64,000 nucleotides of DNA. Origin: Candidatus Altimarinota bacterium (GTDB lineage Bacteria > Patescibacteriota > Gracilibacteria > 1-14-2-50-48-13). The position numbers and the translations under genes were made by a program. The notes beneath the pieces are model-generated. The model saw only the letters and a list, made by a program, of their open reading frames with translations. It did not search any database and was not told the DNA's origin. The number at the start of each line of letters is the position of its first letter. Within the stretch, counting starts at the first letter, position 1. The DNA lies in contig JBKBWQ010000001.1 of NCBI GenBank assembly GCA_046314355.1, positions 672,001 to 736,000 of the forward strand. Reading direction: 5' to 3'. Shown here piece by piece: positions 55,248 to 64,000 of this stretch.

Positions 55248-56546
55248 ATGGCATCTTTTTGCGACGAAGTATCACTTACAGTTAGTTCAGGTAAAGGAGG
55301 AGACGGTTCCATTTCTTTTCGTAGAGAAAAATTTATACCAAAAGGAGGACCAGATGGCGGCGATGGAGGACGAGGAGGAGACATCATATTTAGAGCAAAT
55401 CCTAATCTCAATACTCTTTCACATATACGCGGACGAAAATTCTACACAGCTGAGAATGGTGAAAGAGGTCATGGGAAGAAAATGCATGGTAAAGATGGAG
55501 AACATTATATTATTGATGTGCCTGTAGGAACGCTTATTCAGACACAGGAAGATATGGAGCTTATTAAAGACCTCTCTACACCTTGGGAAGAGTACGTAGC
55601 CGCAAGAGGAGGACGTGGAGGATATGGTAATGCACATTTTGCGACAGCCACAAGACGTGCGCCGGACTTTGCAGAAATAGGAGATATCCCTGAGACACAT
55701 GAGTTTCATCTTGAGCTCAAGCTTATAGCAGACGTAGGTATCATTGGTATTCCTTCTGCAGGAAAATCCACCCTGATTTCAGTTATTTCAAATGCACGTC
55801 CTAAGATAGCTGATTATCCTTTTACGACTCTTATACCGAACCTCGGTGTATGCGACCATAAAGGATACTCATTTCTTGTATCAGATATCCCTGGACTGAT
55901 TGAAGGTGCCTCTGAAGGAAAAGGACTAGGTCATGAGTTCTTAAAACATATCGAGCGATGCGCACTTCTTCTTCATGTGCTTGATGGAAGTCACCTCGAT
56001 AAGATAGTAGAAGAATACAAGATTATACAGAATGAACTTCATACCTATTCAGAGAACTTAAGTGAAAAGAAGCAGTTTATCGTAGTAAACAAGATTGATG
56101 TACTTGATAAGGACCTTGAGAGTCTTCTCTTAGAAAAACTCCTTGCCGAGACAAAGCTGAAGAAAAAGGAAATCTTCTTCATCTCAGCAGCATCGCATCA
56201 GGGACTTGAGAGTCTTTTAAATGCACTTGTTCCATTGATCAAAGAACATAAATCCCAGCAGGAAGAGCTTGTAGCTCCAGAAGAGGTACTTACGATAAAA
56301 CCTTTAGAAGAGGATGATCAGAGATGGTGGCTTGATAAGGATGCTGAGGGTAAATTACATATCTATGGCAAACGTGTCGAGCAGATCGCCCGTATGAGTG
56401 ATCTCAGCAATATAGGAGCTCAAGAGCGTATGTATGACGTTTTAGAAAAGAAAAATATTATGAATGCATTAGGTAAGACCGGTCTCTTTGAAGGAGATCC
56501 ATTCTACATTGCAGGTAAAAGGATGGAGTACAGAGAGACATTATAA
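55248..56546 (+). CDS. obgE: GTPase ObgE/CgtA
   Basis: Motifs GKGGDG..SFRREK, GGPDGGDGG, GIPSAGKST, YPFTT, DIPGLIEGA, NKID, and a C-terminal OCT domain. Confidence 0.97.
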   Translation: MASFCDEVSLTVSSGKGGDGSISFRREKFIPKGGPDGGDGGRGGDIIFRANPNLNTLSHIRGRKFYTAENGERGHGKKMHGKDGEHYIIDVPVGTLIQTQEDMELIKDLSTPWEEYVAARGGRGGYGNAHFATATRRAPDFAEIGDIPETHEFHLELKLIADVGIIGIPSAGKSTLISVISNARPKIADYPFTTLIPNLGVCDHKGYSFLVSDIPGLIEGASEGKGLGHEFLKHIERCALLLHVLDGSHLDKIVEEYKIIQNELHTYSENLSEKKQFIVVNKIDVLDKDLESLLLEKLLAETKLKKKEIFFISAASHQGLESLLNALVPLIKEHKSQQEELVAPEEVLTIKPLEEDDQRWWLDKDAEGKLHIYGKRVEQIARMSDLSNIGAQERMYDVLEKKNIMNALGKTGLFEGDPFYIAGKRMEYRETL

Positions 56547-56555
56547 ATGTACATT

Positions 56556-57089
56556 ATGAAACTCATTGTAGGACTCGGCAATCCAGGGAAAGAGTATGAA
56601 ACTACACGCCATAATGCAGGATTTATGGCTGTAGATTTTCTGCAGAAAAAGTTTAGTCTTGCTGACTGGAAGATAGAAAAATCCATGAAAGCAGAACTTA
56701 CAAAAGGAAGTATCAACGGTACCACTGTGATACTAGCAAAACCAACTACATATATGAATCTCTCAGGTGAGAGCGTAGTGGCTATTAAGAATTTTTATAA
56801 GATAGAAGAAAAAGATATTCTCATTGTCTTTGATGATGTGGATCTCCCCATCGAAACTTTGCGCTTTCGAGAAAAAGGATCAGCAGGTACTCATAATGGG
56901 ATGAGAAGTATAGTCCAGCTGCTGGGATCAGAGGATTTTCCAAGATTGAAAATAGGCATTCAGCCTTCTCATAAGATAAAGGATCTTAGCTCTTATGTAC
57001 TTGGTAGAATGACTGAAGATGAATTAGCAGCTCTAGGAATACTTGAAAGCTCTATTGAGAGCCAGGTAGAAAAGTTTTTGGAAAACTAA
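56556..57089 (+). CDS. pth: Peptidyl-tRNA hydrolase
   Basis: Motifs MKLIVGLGNPG, TRHNAG, KPTTYMNLSG, GSAGTHNG. Confidence 0.96.
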   Translation: MKLIVGLGNPGKEYETTRHNAGFMAVDFLQKKFSLADWKIEKSMKAELTKGSINGTTVILAKPTTYMNLSGESVVAIKNFYKIEEKDILIVFDDVDLPIETLRFREKGSAGTHNGMRSIVQLLGSEDFPRLKIGIQPSHKIKDLSSYVLGRMTEDELAALGILESSIESQVEKFLEN

Positions 57090-57145
57090 TAAAGAAAACC
57101 TCCAAATATTATTAGAGGTACGATCATTTCAGATCCATGATCCTA

Positions 57146-58555
57146 TTATTCAAACACTATCTTCACTGTTGCTACAGGAACATCAAGAGATATCTCTGAT
57201 TCAGCAGCAGCATCTTTCTTTGCCTTACCTATGGCAGCCGCAAGAAACCTCTTAAATTGAGCCTCTGCAAGATCTGCGGGGTGATCGGTATCTCCACTTA
57301 TTAATGGTGATGCATCTACCACTAAGGCAGCATTTTTGTCATCCTTATAGTTTAGCTTTTTGATAGGAATATCTTTAAATTCTCCCATAAGCATTTTTCC
57401 TTTTAAGGCAAATCTTGCGGTCTCATTTCCGATGGTAAATGTATTATTCTCGAACACACATTCCTGCCCCTCAAGCTTAAAGGAGAGTTTTCCACCTGTA
57501 GTAAAATCTACACTCTGTGCACTCTTAAGTGCCTCTAAAGCACTTTTCATAGCATTCTCTACTATCTTATCCTTATTTGTTGGATTCCATTCTAGAGGTG
57601 AGATCGTACTTTCAGACGTTTTAGCTGGATTTTCATTGCTAGTATCAGCTGTCTTTGGGTCAGTGACCGTATTAGTTTGAGGATTAACTTCCATTTTCTC
57701 AACAGCAGGTATTAAATTAATATCTGGTGACTTCTGTATATCAGCACTAGTAAGCATCGTCCACTGTGTGGTTGGCAGTATACGTTCTCCTTTTGGTCCT
57801 TTATCTTTATTCATACGTGTTCTCCACACGTTTTCAGCTGCAGCCATCTTTTCATCAGTAAAGCCTGGACGTTCTTTCTCAGGAATGCTGTGAATAATTT
57901 TCAGGAAATTTAATCTAAGCCCAACATTTTGTGAATCCTTTTTCAAGGCATTATACGTGCTATCAAGTTGAGATTTCTTTGTCTGGTCCTGTACCTTTAT
58001 GTGTTTATATAATGTGCTAAGTACAGTATTTTCATAAGGTGCTTTCTCTAATTCTGTGGATGATATTTCTTTTAAAGATGCACTTAATGCCGTATCAGTT
58101 TTTGCAAGTTCAGTAATGAATGATTTTTTTCGGTCAAAATCACTCTTTGGCTTTTCCTTGGGTTTTGCTGGTTCAGAACTTGATTGAGCTGTAGTTACAG
58201 GTTTAAGAGAGGCGCGGTCAATTCTCTCAAACTCTTTCGTAAGATTATCTATCAGTTCTACCGCTTTTTTCTTTTTCTCTGCATCTAATGATTGTTCCAG
58301 CAAAGTTATGTTTGTCTGATATTTTTGAAAGTTGAATTTTTTATTCACTTCATCCTCAATAGGTTTGACCATTTCAGGGTTCTTCACCGCTTCAGTAATC
58401 ATAGTATTGAGTTTTGTGACCTTCTCCGCACTCTTTGCTTTCAGCTGCTTCACCTGGGTTGTAATATCCTTATCAGGGTTATCTTGAAGCTTCGCTACTG
58501 CATCAGCAGCTTCGTGTACTTCTGTTTTATAATTATTTTTTGGTATGTCTGACAT
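57146..58555 (-). CDS. Large lineage-specific hydrophilic protein
   Basis: 469 aa, Lys/Glu-rich helices with P/T linkers, no signal peptide, 13 bp after a small helical gene. Confidence 0.78.
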   Translation of the reverse strand: MSDIPKNNYKTEVHEAADAVAKLQDNPDKDITTQVKQLKAKSAEKVTKLNTMITEAVKNPEMVKPIEDEVNKKFNFQKYQTNITLLEQSLDAEKKKKAVELIDNLTKEFERIDRASLKPVTTAQSSSEPAKPKEKPKSDFDRKKSFITELAKTDTALSASLKEISSTELEKAPYENTVLSTLYKHIKVQDQTKKSQLDSTYNALKKDSQNVGLRLNFLKIIHSIPEKERPGFTDEKMAAAENVWRTRMNKDKGPKGERILPTTQWTMLTSADIQKSPDINLIPAVEKMEVNPQTNTVTDPKTADTSNENPAKTSESTISPLEWNPTNKDKIVENAMKSALEALKSAQSVDFTTGGKLSFKLEGQECVFENNTFTIGNETARFALKGKMLMGEFKDIPIKKLNYKDDKNAALVVDASPLISGDTDHPADLAEAQFKRFLAAAIGKAKKDAAAESEISLDVPVATVKIVFE

Positions 58556-58568
58556 ATTTTTATCTCTA

Positions 58569-58874
58569 TTAAAGTTGGTTTAGGAGAGCCGTTTCTTCTT
58601 TTTCATTCTCTTGTATCATACTGGACTCTATCAATCTTTTTGCCATTAGAAAATCATGGTCTACTTCTTCATTGATCTTCTGGAGCTCCTTTGTATACTT
58701 TTCCTCTAATATTTTCTCTTCCTCATGATAGCGGACAAGGGCATCCTGAAGGAATTTTTCTATTTCCTGCTTCCCTTCTTCAGTGAGAGTAGGCAGTTTC
58801 ATAATAAAATACTGTTTCTGAGTATCGCTTAGGAAATCACATGCAAGGATTTTATTTTGAATGAGAGCATCCAT
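58569..58874 (-). CDS. Small acidic helical protein
   Basis: Contains CDFLSDTQK and ends ENEKEETALLNQL. Confidence 0.78.
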   Translation of the reverse strand: MDALIQNKILACDFLSDTQKQYFIMKLPTLTEEGKQEIEKFLQDALVRYHEEEKILEEKYTKELQKINEEVDHDFLMAKRLIESSMIQENEKEETALLNQL

Positions 58875-58881
58875 AAATACA

Positions 58882-59154
58882 TTAAGAGGAAATAGAAGAG
58901 ATACTTGATCTTGTATTTGAATGAAGTTCTTGCCGTATAGATTTCATCTTGAAAGACTGCTGATGACTTTCTCTTTTTTTCAATAAATTATGCTCATGAA
59001 GCTCGGACATGAGAAACTCCTCCATCTCATGCAACTGTACTTCTTCTAACGATGGAAGAAGGCGTGAATAGTTATTCTTTTCCGTATCAGAAAGAAATTC
59101 ACATGTATCAATCAGTTTTCTTATGCTCTCTATAAGAGAAATATTCATAATCAT
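58882..59154 (-). CDS. Small helical protein, paralog of 58569-58874
   Basis: CEFLSDTEKNNYSRLLPSLEE versus CDFLSDTQKQYFIMKLPTLTE. Confidence 0.75.
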   Translation of the reverse strand: MIMNISLIESIRKLIDTCEFLSDTEKNNYSRLLPSLEEVQLHEMEEFLMSELHEHNLLKKRESHQQSFKMKSIRQELHSNTRSSISSISS

Positions 59155-59214
59155 ATTATTTTAAATACTATCATAACATTGTAACACACTTTAAGTAAAA
59201 ATGCCTTATTACTG

Positions 59215-59253
59215 GAATATAAAAACAGCCCTGTCGGGGCTGTTTTTATATTC
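59215..59253 (-). terminator. Terminator downstream of rny
   Basis: GAATATAAAAACAGCCC-TGTCG-GGGCTGTTTTTATATTC. Confidence 0.85.
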
Positions 59254-59260
59254 TTTACTA

Positions 59261-60778
59261 TTATCTCGCGAACTCCATTACTCTCTGCTCTCGAATTACA
59301 TTGATACGTATCTCACCTGGATACTGAAGTTCTTCTTCTACTTTTCGTGCTATATCCTGTGCAAGCTTCATAGCATCAAGATCTGTAATCTCCTCAGGAT
59401 TTACAAATACTCGCACCTCACGTCCCGCTTGGATAGCATACACATTCTTTACACCTTCAAAGGAAGATGCAACGTTCTCAAGATCCTGAAGTCTTCTAAT
59501 ATAATTCTCTATACTATCTGAACGTGCTCCAGGACGAGCTCCTGAAATCGCATCCGCGGCAGTAGTAAGGATTGCCTCAATGCTCTTTGCTTCTACATCG
59601 TTATGGTGGGATTCCACACAATTGATAAGCCTCTCATCCATATCAAATTTTCTCAAGATACTCGCTCCTATTACCGCATGTGATCCTTCTATCTCATGAG
59701 TGACAGCTTTTCCAATATCATGGAAGAAGCCGGCCATTTTCGCAAGCTTTACATCAGCACCGATCTCCTGTGCAAGCTGTCCACAGATATACCCTACTTC
59801 CATTGAGTGTTTAAGAATATTCTGGCCATAACTTGTACGGAATCTCAAACGTCCTATGAGTTTAATAAGGTTCGGATGAAGTCCTGTGAATCCCATTTCC
59901 ATCACAGCCTTTTCTCCGAATTCTTTCACAAGGTCATTTGTATCATTCTTTACTTTTTCAACCACCTCTTCGATGCGAGCTGGATGAATACGTCCGTCCT
60001 CAATAAGCATCTCAAGAGAGCGCTTTGCAATATAACGTCTCATAAGATCAAATCCGGATATAAGGATAGATCCTGGCGTGTCATCCACAATCACATCAAT
60101 ACCAGTGAGCATTTCAAATGTATTAATGTTTCTTCCTTCACGTCCGATAATTCGTCCCTTCATGTCGTCATCAGGAAGATGAACTATAGTAGACATGGTC
60201 TCAGATGCCACTTCAGAAGCATACTTCTGAATAGCAAGACTGATGACATTTTTTGCCTTTTTATCAGCCTCATCCAGATATCTTTCTTCCATTTTACGTA
60301 CATGGACGATAATATCCTTTTCAAATTCCTTCTCATACTTGTTCATCAAAAGTTCTCTTGCCTGCTCCTTTGAAAGTCCAGAAACACGTTCTAGTTCATG
60401 TTTTCCTTTCTCTTCCAATTCATTGAGATCCTCTTCCCTTTTCTTAAGCTGTTCAGTTTTCTCTTCGAGCTTCGTACGGGATTCTTCAAGCTTTTCAAGT
60501 TTCGTATCAAGCTGCTCTTCTCTCTGAATAATACGTTCTTCAATCCGCGTTATCTGCTGCTTACGGTCATCCTCTTCCCGTCTAGCATTGTCCAGAATAG
60601 AACGAGCCTCATCTCTTGCATCTGAGAGCATACGCTCTCTTTTCTCTTCTGCTTCAGTGAGGATTTGTCTTTTGAGACTTTCAAGGTCAGCTTTTTTCTT
60701 TTTCTGTGTAAAAACTACAAGCACAGCACCAAGTATGCCTCCTGCGAGTACACCTATAATGGCAATCAGCACTTCCAT
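59261..60778 (-). CDS. rny: Ribonuclease Y
   Basis: N-terminal TM, coiled coil, KH domain (MKGRIIGREGRNI), HD domain (HDIGKA), YAIQAGREVR. Confidence 0.97.
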   Translation of the reverse strand: MEVLIAIIGVLAGGILGAVLVVFTQKKKKADLESLKRQILTEAEEKRERMLSDARDEARSILDNARREEDDRKQQITRIEERIIQREEQLDTKLEKLEESRTKLEEKTEQLKKREEDLNELEEKGKHELERVSGLSKEQARELLMNKYEKEFEKDIIVHVRKMEERYLDEADKKAKNVISLAIQKYASEVASETMSTIVHLPDDDMKGRIIGREGRNINTFEMLTGIDVIVDDTPGSILISGFDLMRRYIAKRSLEMLIEDGRIHPARIEEVVEKVKNDTNDLVKEFGEKAVMEMGFTGLHPNLIKLIGRLRFRTSYGQNILKHSMEVGYICGQLAQEIGADVKLAKMAGFFHDIGKAVTHEIEGSHAVIGASILRKFDMDERLINCVESHHNDVEAKSIEAILTTAADAISGARPGARSDSIENYIRRLQDLENVASSFEGVKNVYAIQAGREVRVFVNPEEITDLDAMKLAQDIARKVEEELQYPGEIRINVIREQRVMEFAR

Positions 60779-61136
60779 GATAAAAATTATTAGTGTCGCT
60801 GTAGAGGATCAGTATTTTAAAAAATCTTTTCATTAACTGAAAAAGCTATTTTAAAAAACACTCAAAATGAGAGTATGTGTATATGCAAAATTTGATTCTT
60901 CTCTTTTAAAGCTCATATTCAGTTACGAAGGGTAATCAATACAGTTCTTATATCTACTCTATTTTATTATCGTACAGAAACGTATATGTAAAATTTCTCA
61001 TGAATTGTATATTAGTTATCACTGGGAGTCAAAGTAAGAAAAGTAACAAAAACTATTGACTTATGTGATATATATTTTATAATTACACGATGTATCAAAT
61101 TTTAGCCAGTCCTATCTACTCCCTTATTATCGATCC

Positions 61137-62387
61137 ATGAATGGACAAATAATCCAGACAGTCATTGACAAAATACGTGCTAGCCACAATATATTGTTAG
61201 TAGCTCACCAGAAACTCGACCCAGATCTTTGTGGTTCCGTATTAGGTCTTTATCATATACTTTTAAAACTTGGTAAAAAGCCTACAGTTCTTTGCTATGA
61301 GAAAGTTCCTGCAATACTGAACTTTCTTCCGAATCTTCATATTTTTGATTCCCATCCAAAGCTTCTTAAGGATTTTATCATTACTTTATTCAATCCAGCA
61401 GCAGAAGTAGATGAAGTAAAATATAGTGTTGCTGAAGATGGACGGATTAACATTATCGTTACACCAAAAAAAGGAAGTTTCTCTGAGAAAGATATTTCTT
61501 TCAAGGGCTCCAATTCATCCTACGATCTTATCATTACTCTAGACTGCGGAGATAGAAAAAACCTTGGAAAGGTTTATGAGGATAATAAAAAAATGTTTGA
61601 AGAGACGACAGTGATCAATATTGATCATCATGCTTCAAACGATATGTTCGGTACAATTAATCTAGTGGACACAAATGCAAGCTCCACGGCAGAACTAATA
61701 TTCTATATTATCAAAGGAATAGATCTTGGTCTTATTGATGAAGATATTGCAACCTACCTTCTTCTTGGTATCATCGCAGATACAGGCAGTTTTCAGAATA
61801 CAAATACCTCATCAGAGGCCTTTAATGTTTCTGCTGAGCTAGTACGCTTAGGTGGAAGACAACAGGATATCATCAAGCATCTCTATAAAACTAAGAAGCT
61901 CACGACCTTAAAGCTTTGGGGAAAGATACTATCTAAGCTTCAAATCGATAAGGAGCACCGGATTTTGTGGTCAAACATCCCATATAGTGATTTTACATCT
62001 ACAGACACAATAGAAGGTGAAGATACAAAAGGAATCATTGATGAACTAATGACCAACGCACCAAATGTAGATATCATATGTCTCATTCGGGAAGTTTCTC
62101 CAGGTAAGATTATTACTAGTCTTCGCACAAAGACAAAGGATGTAGACAGCAATATAATTGCACATCAGTTTGGAGGAGGAGGTCACGTTATGGCATCAGG
62201 GTTTACCCTAGAGAACACTACTTTAGAGGAAGTAGAAAAAAATCTTATCGCTAGCATTAGACACTATCAGGCACAAAGATTAGGGCTTTCGACAACTCAG
62301 TCAGAACCAGCAGATACAAAGCCACAGTTCAACGAACCAGCACCAGAAGAAAAGATTGCTGCTAGAATCAAAGAGGAGCTCTTTTAG
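61137..62387 (+). CDS. DHH-family phosphoesterase (NrnA-like)
   Basis: Motifs H..LDPD, TLDC, NIDHH, DTGSF, SLRT, GGGGH. Confidence 0.9.
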   Translation: MNGQIIQTVIDKIRASHNILLVAHQKLDPDLCGSVLGLYHILLKLGKKPTVLCYEKVPAILNFLPNLHIFDSHPKLLKDFIITLFNPAAEVDEVKYSVAEDGRINIIVTPKKGSFSEKDISFKGSNSSYDLIITLDCGDRKNLGKVYEDNKKMFEETTVINIDHHASNDMFGTINLVDTNASSTAELIFYIIKGIDLGLIDEDIATYLLLGIIADTGSFQNTNTSSEAFNVSAELVRLGGRQQDIIKHLYKTKKLTTLKLWGKILSKLQIDKEHRILWSNIPYSDFTSTDTIEGEDTKGIIDELMTNAPNVDIICLIREVSPGKIITSLRTKTKDVDSNIIAHQFGGGGHVMASGFTLENTTLEEVEKNLIASIRHYQAQRLGLSTTQSEPADTKPQFNEPAPEEKIAARIKEELF

Positions 62388-62423
62388 GTCAGACTTTTCT
62401 CCAATACAAAATTTGTATTGAAA

Positions 62424-62457
62424 CTAAAACACCTCATAAGACTATGAGGTGTTTTAG
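62424..62457. terminator. Bidirectional terminator
   Basis: CTAAAACACCTCATA-AGAC-TATGAGGTGTTTTAG between convergent genes. Confidence 0.82.
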
Positions 62458-62476
62458 ATATCTTTATAAGAAATGT

Positions 62477-63949
62477 TTACTGTACAGTACTTCCACTTCC
62501 AGTAGCCGCTTTATTAGTATTGAGATTCTTATTTGCATTTGAAGAAGCTGTATCTGCCTTGCCGGTATAAGTCACTACTGCATTCAATGCTTTACTTGCA
62601 TTGCCTGCCTTATCGTAAGCAACTACACGGTATGTATTGTCACCTGGTCTCAAGTTCTGTATGTCAGTAGAGAGTATATACTGCCACGATCCTGATCCTG
62701 GTACAAATTTCTTTAATGTATAGCCATTTACATCTACACGCACTACTTCCTTACTTACTGTTCCCTGTAAATTAGACGTACTCTCAGAGACTGTGGATCG
62801 CGATGTCAAGACTGGAGTATTAGGCGCAGTAGAATCCTTTACAACTGAGATACTTGCGATGGTTTTCTGTTCACCATTTGCCGTAGCCTTTACACTAATA
62901 GTATTCTTTCCTTCAGTCGTCAGAGGAACTTTATACGCAACCCATGTGCCTGCGGAGATATTAATATCTGCAGCAATACTATTTACTGTTACAGCTGTGA
63001 CAGATACATCGTTAATCTCTCCTTTTACTGTTATATTTGGAATATTAAATACATCTCCAGCTTCAATATTTGTAACTTCTACACTATCTCCCTGTGTTCT
63101 AGTTTGATTAGTATTTGCATTTACAGGAAGATCACGACTCTCAGCTACTATGTTTTCACCCGCATTTGCATTTCCCTGCTCTGCACTTTCATAATTTTCC
63201 ATTTTACTATCTTCGACAATATTCCAGTCGTACCACTCACTCTTCTTTAGCTCATCTCCAATGTCACGTATAAGCGATACTTCATCCACCCCATTTCCAT
63301 TTTCAATGACACTTGGAGTTATGGAGATTTCCTTACCTTCATTGACTAGGAGCTCCTTAAGTTCTTTTCCTGAGTTATCAAAGATCTTTACCTGAATCTT
63401 TCCCTGTAATACTGATAATGTCTGACTGCCGTTTATGCTCATAATGTTTACAATTGTACCCGGCTGAATAATACTCTGAGTATTTTTTGTTTTCAGAAGG
63501 ATCTCTTTTGTATCATTAGATGCTTTTTCAAAACGAAGCCAAAGCTGTCCTTTTGCTAAATTAATAAGCTGAGTAGCAGAATTTTGCTGCTTGATAAAGA
63601 ATGTTGAATATTCTTCAAGACGTCCGTATCCTTTTCCTAACAATTCTATATATTGTCTTGATCCTGCTCCAGTAGCTAAGCCTTCCCCATGATATAAACT
63701 AGAGGTATAGTCATTTGAAAGTCTTCTTTCTTTCTCATCTAGAATGATGAATACATTTTGTGACGCAACTGTAAAACTCGCCAGTGCCTTATCTTTTCCA
63801 CCGCTTTCCGTACCATTTTCCTGATATTTTACCCAGGCGTTCACTGCTAGTATCACAAGTATTATACATAGAATACTTGTAAGAAGAGGCAATATATATG
63901 CTATAAAAGGTTTTTTCTGAATTGTTCTTCGTCTCTGTCGCATGTCCAA
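62477..63949 (-). CDS. Membrane-anchored FecR-like domain protein with C-terminal Ig-like domains
   Basis: Basic N-terminus plus TM, FecR-like pattern (LAKGQLW...GT...LSVLQGKIQV), and Ig motifs EGKNTI and GDNTYRVVAYDKAGNAS. Confidence 0.7.
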   Translation of the reverse strand: MDMRQRRRTIQKKPFIAYILPLLTSILCIILVILAVNAWVKYQENGTESGGKDKALASFTVASQNVFIILDEKERRLSNDYTSSLYHGEGLATGAGSRQYIELLGKGYGRLEEYSTFFIKQQNSATQLINLAKGQLWLRFEKASNDTKEILLKTKNTQSIIQPGTIVNIMSINGSQTLSVLQGKIQVKIFDNSGKELKELLVNEGKEISITPSVIENGNGVDEVSLIRDIGDELKKSEWYDWNIVEDSKMENYESAEQGNANAGENIVAESRDLPVNANTNQTRTQGDSVEVTNIEAGDVFNIPNITVKGEINDVSVTAVTVNSIAADINISAGTWVAYKVPLTTEGKNTISVKATANGEQKTIASISVVKDSTAPNTPVLTSRSTVSESTSNLQGTVSKEVVRVDVNGYTLKKFVPGSGSWQYILSTDIQNLRPGDNTYRVVAYDKAGNASKALNAVVTYTGKADTASSNANKNLNTNKAATGSGSTVQ

Positions 63950-64000
63950 AACTCCTAATAATGTAAAACAAATGTACTCTAATTATAAACCTTCGTAGAT

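Noticed and set aside
16551-58555. The two 469-aa orphan proteins as duplicates
   Set aside because: They have equal length but no visible sequence similarity, so I treat it as coincidence.
2083-63971. Numerous 60-190 aa ORFs antisense to or nested in well-supported genes (e.g. 2083-2649, 5651-6223, 34663-35106, 59807-60373)
   Set aside because: They are shadow frames of conserved genes, with no motifs or independent expression signals.

Overview
Chromosomal window from a reduced-genome bacterium. Its gene set points to Patescibacteria/CPR (Peregrinibacteria/Abawacabacteria-like), which is an inference from the Trm11-like methylase, CPR-type GT2, DHH protein, SLH proteins, PilT and mostly SD-less starts. 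The genetic code is standard: proS ends in TGA right after its conserved C-terminal Tyr. In order, the window holds: (1) a metal/redox cluster (HxlR-YgiD, MgtA, CtpE-like ATPase, DUF318/YcgQ permease operon, CooC-like ATPase plus SCO5389-like protein, Fur/Zur, DUF305) with three copies of a GCAACnnnGTTGC-type box; (2) dcd, pilT, proS; (3) two tRNA-Arg genes (TCG, and the unusual GCG); (4) a ~9.28 kb integrative element at the 3' end of tRNA-Arg(GCG); (5) a 2168-aa SLH-anchored surface protein; (6) housekeeping genes (def, pyrH, frr, rseP, PrsW, RRM, bcp, MarR-ABC, tRNA-Asn, tRNA-Leu, obg, pth, rny, DHH). The most striking observation concerns the element's large serine recombinase. Its gene is cut by its own att core (CACCATA). 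When integrated it ends antisense through the tRNA, while an in-frame 42-aa alternative tail sits at the far end of the element, 23 bp upstream of a HEPN gene. The element also carries defence-like cargo (OLD nuclease, PD-(D/E)XK-like protein, HEPN) and a highly structured leader RNA that I do not recognise. All family assignments come from motif recognition, not database searches.
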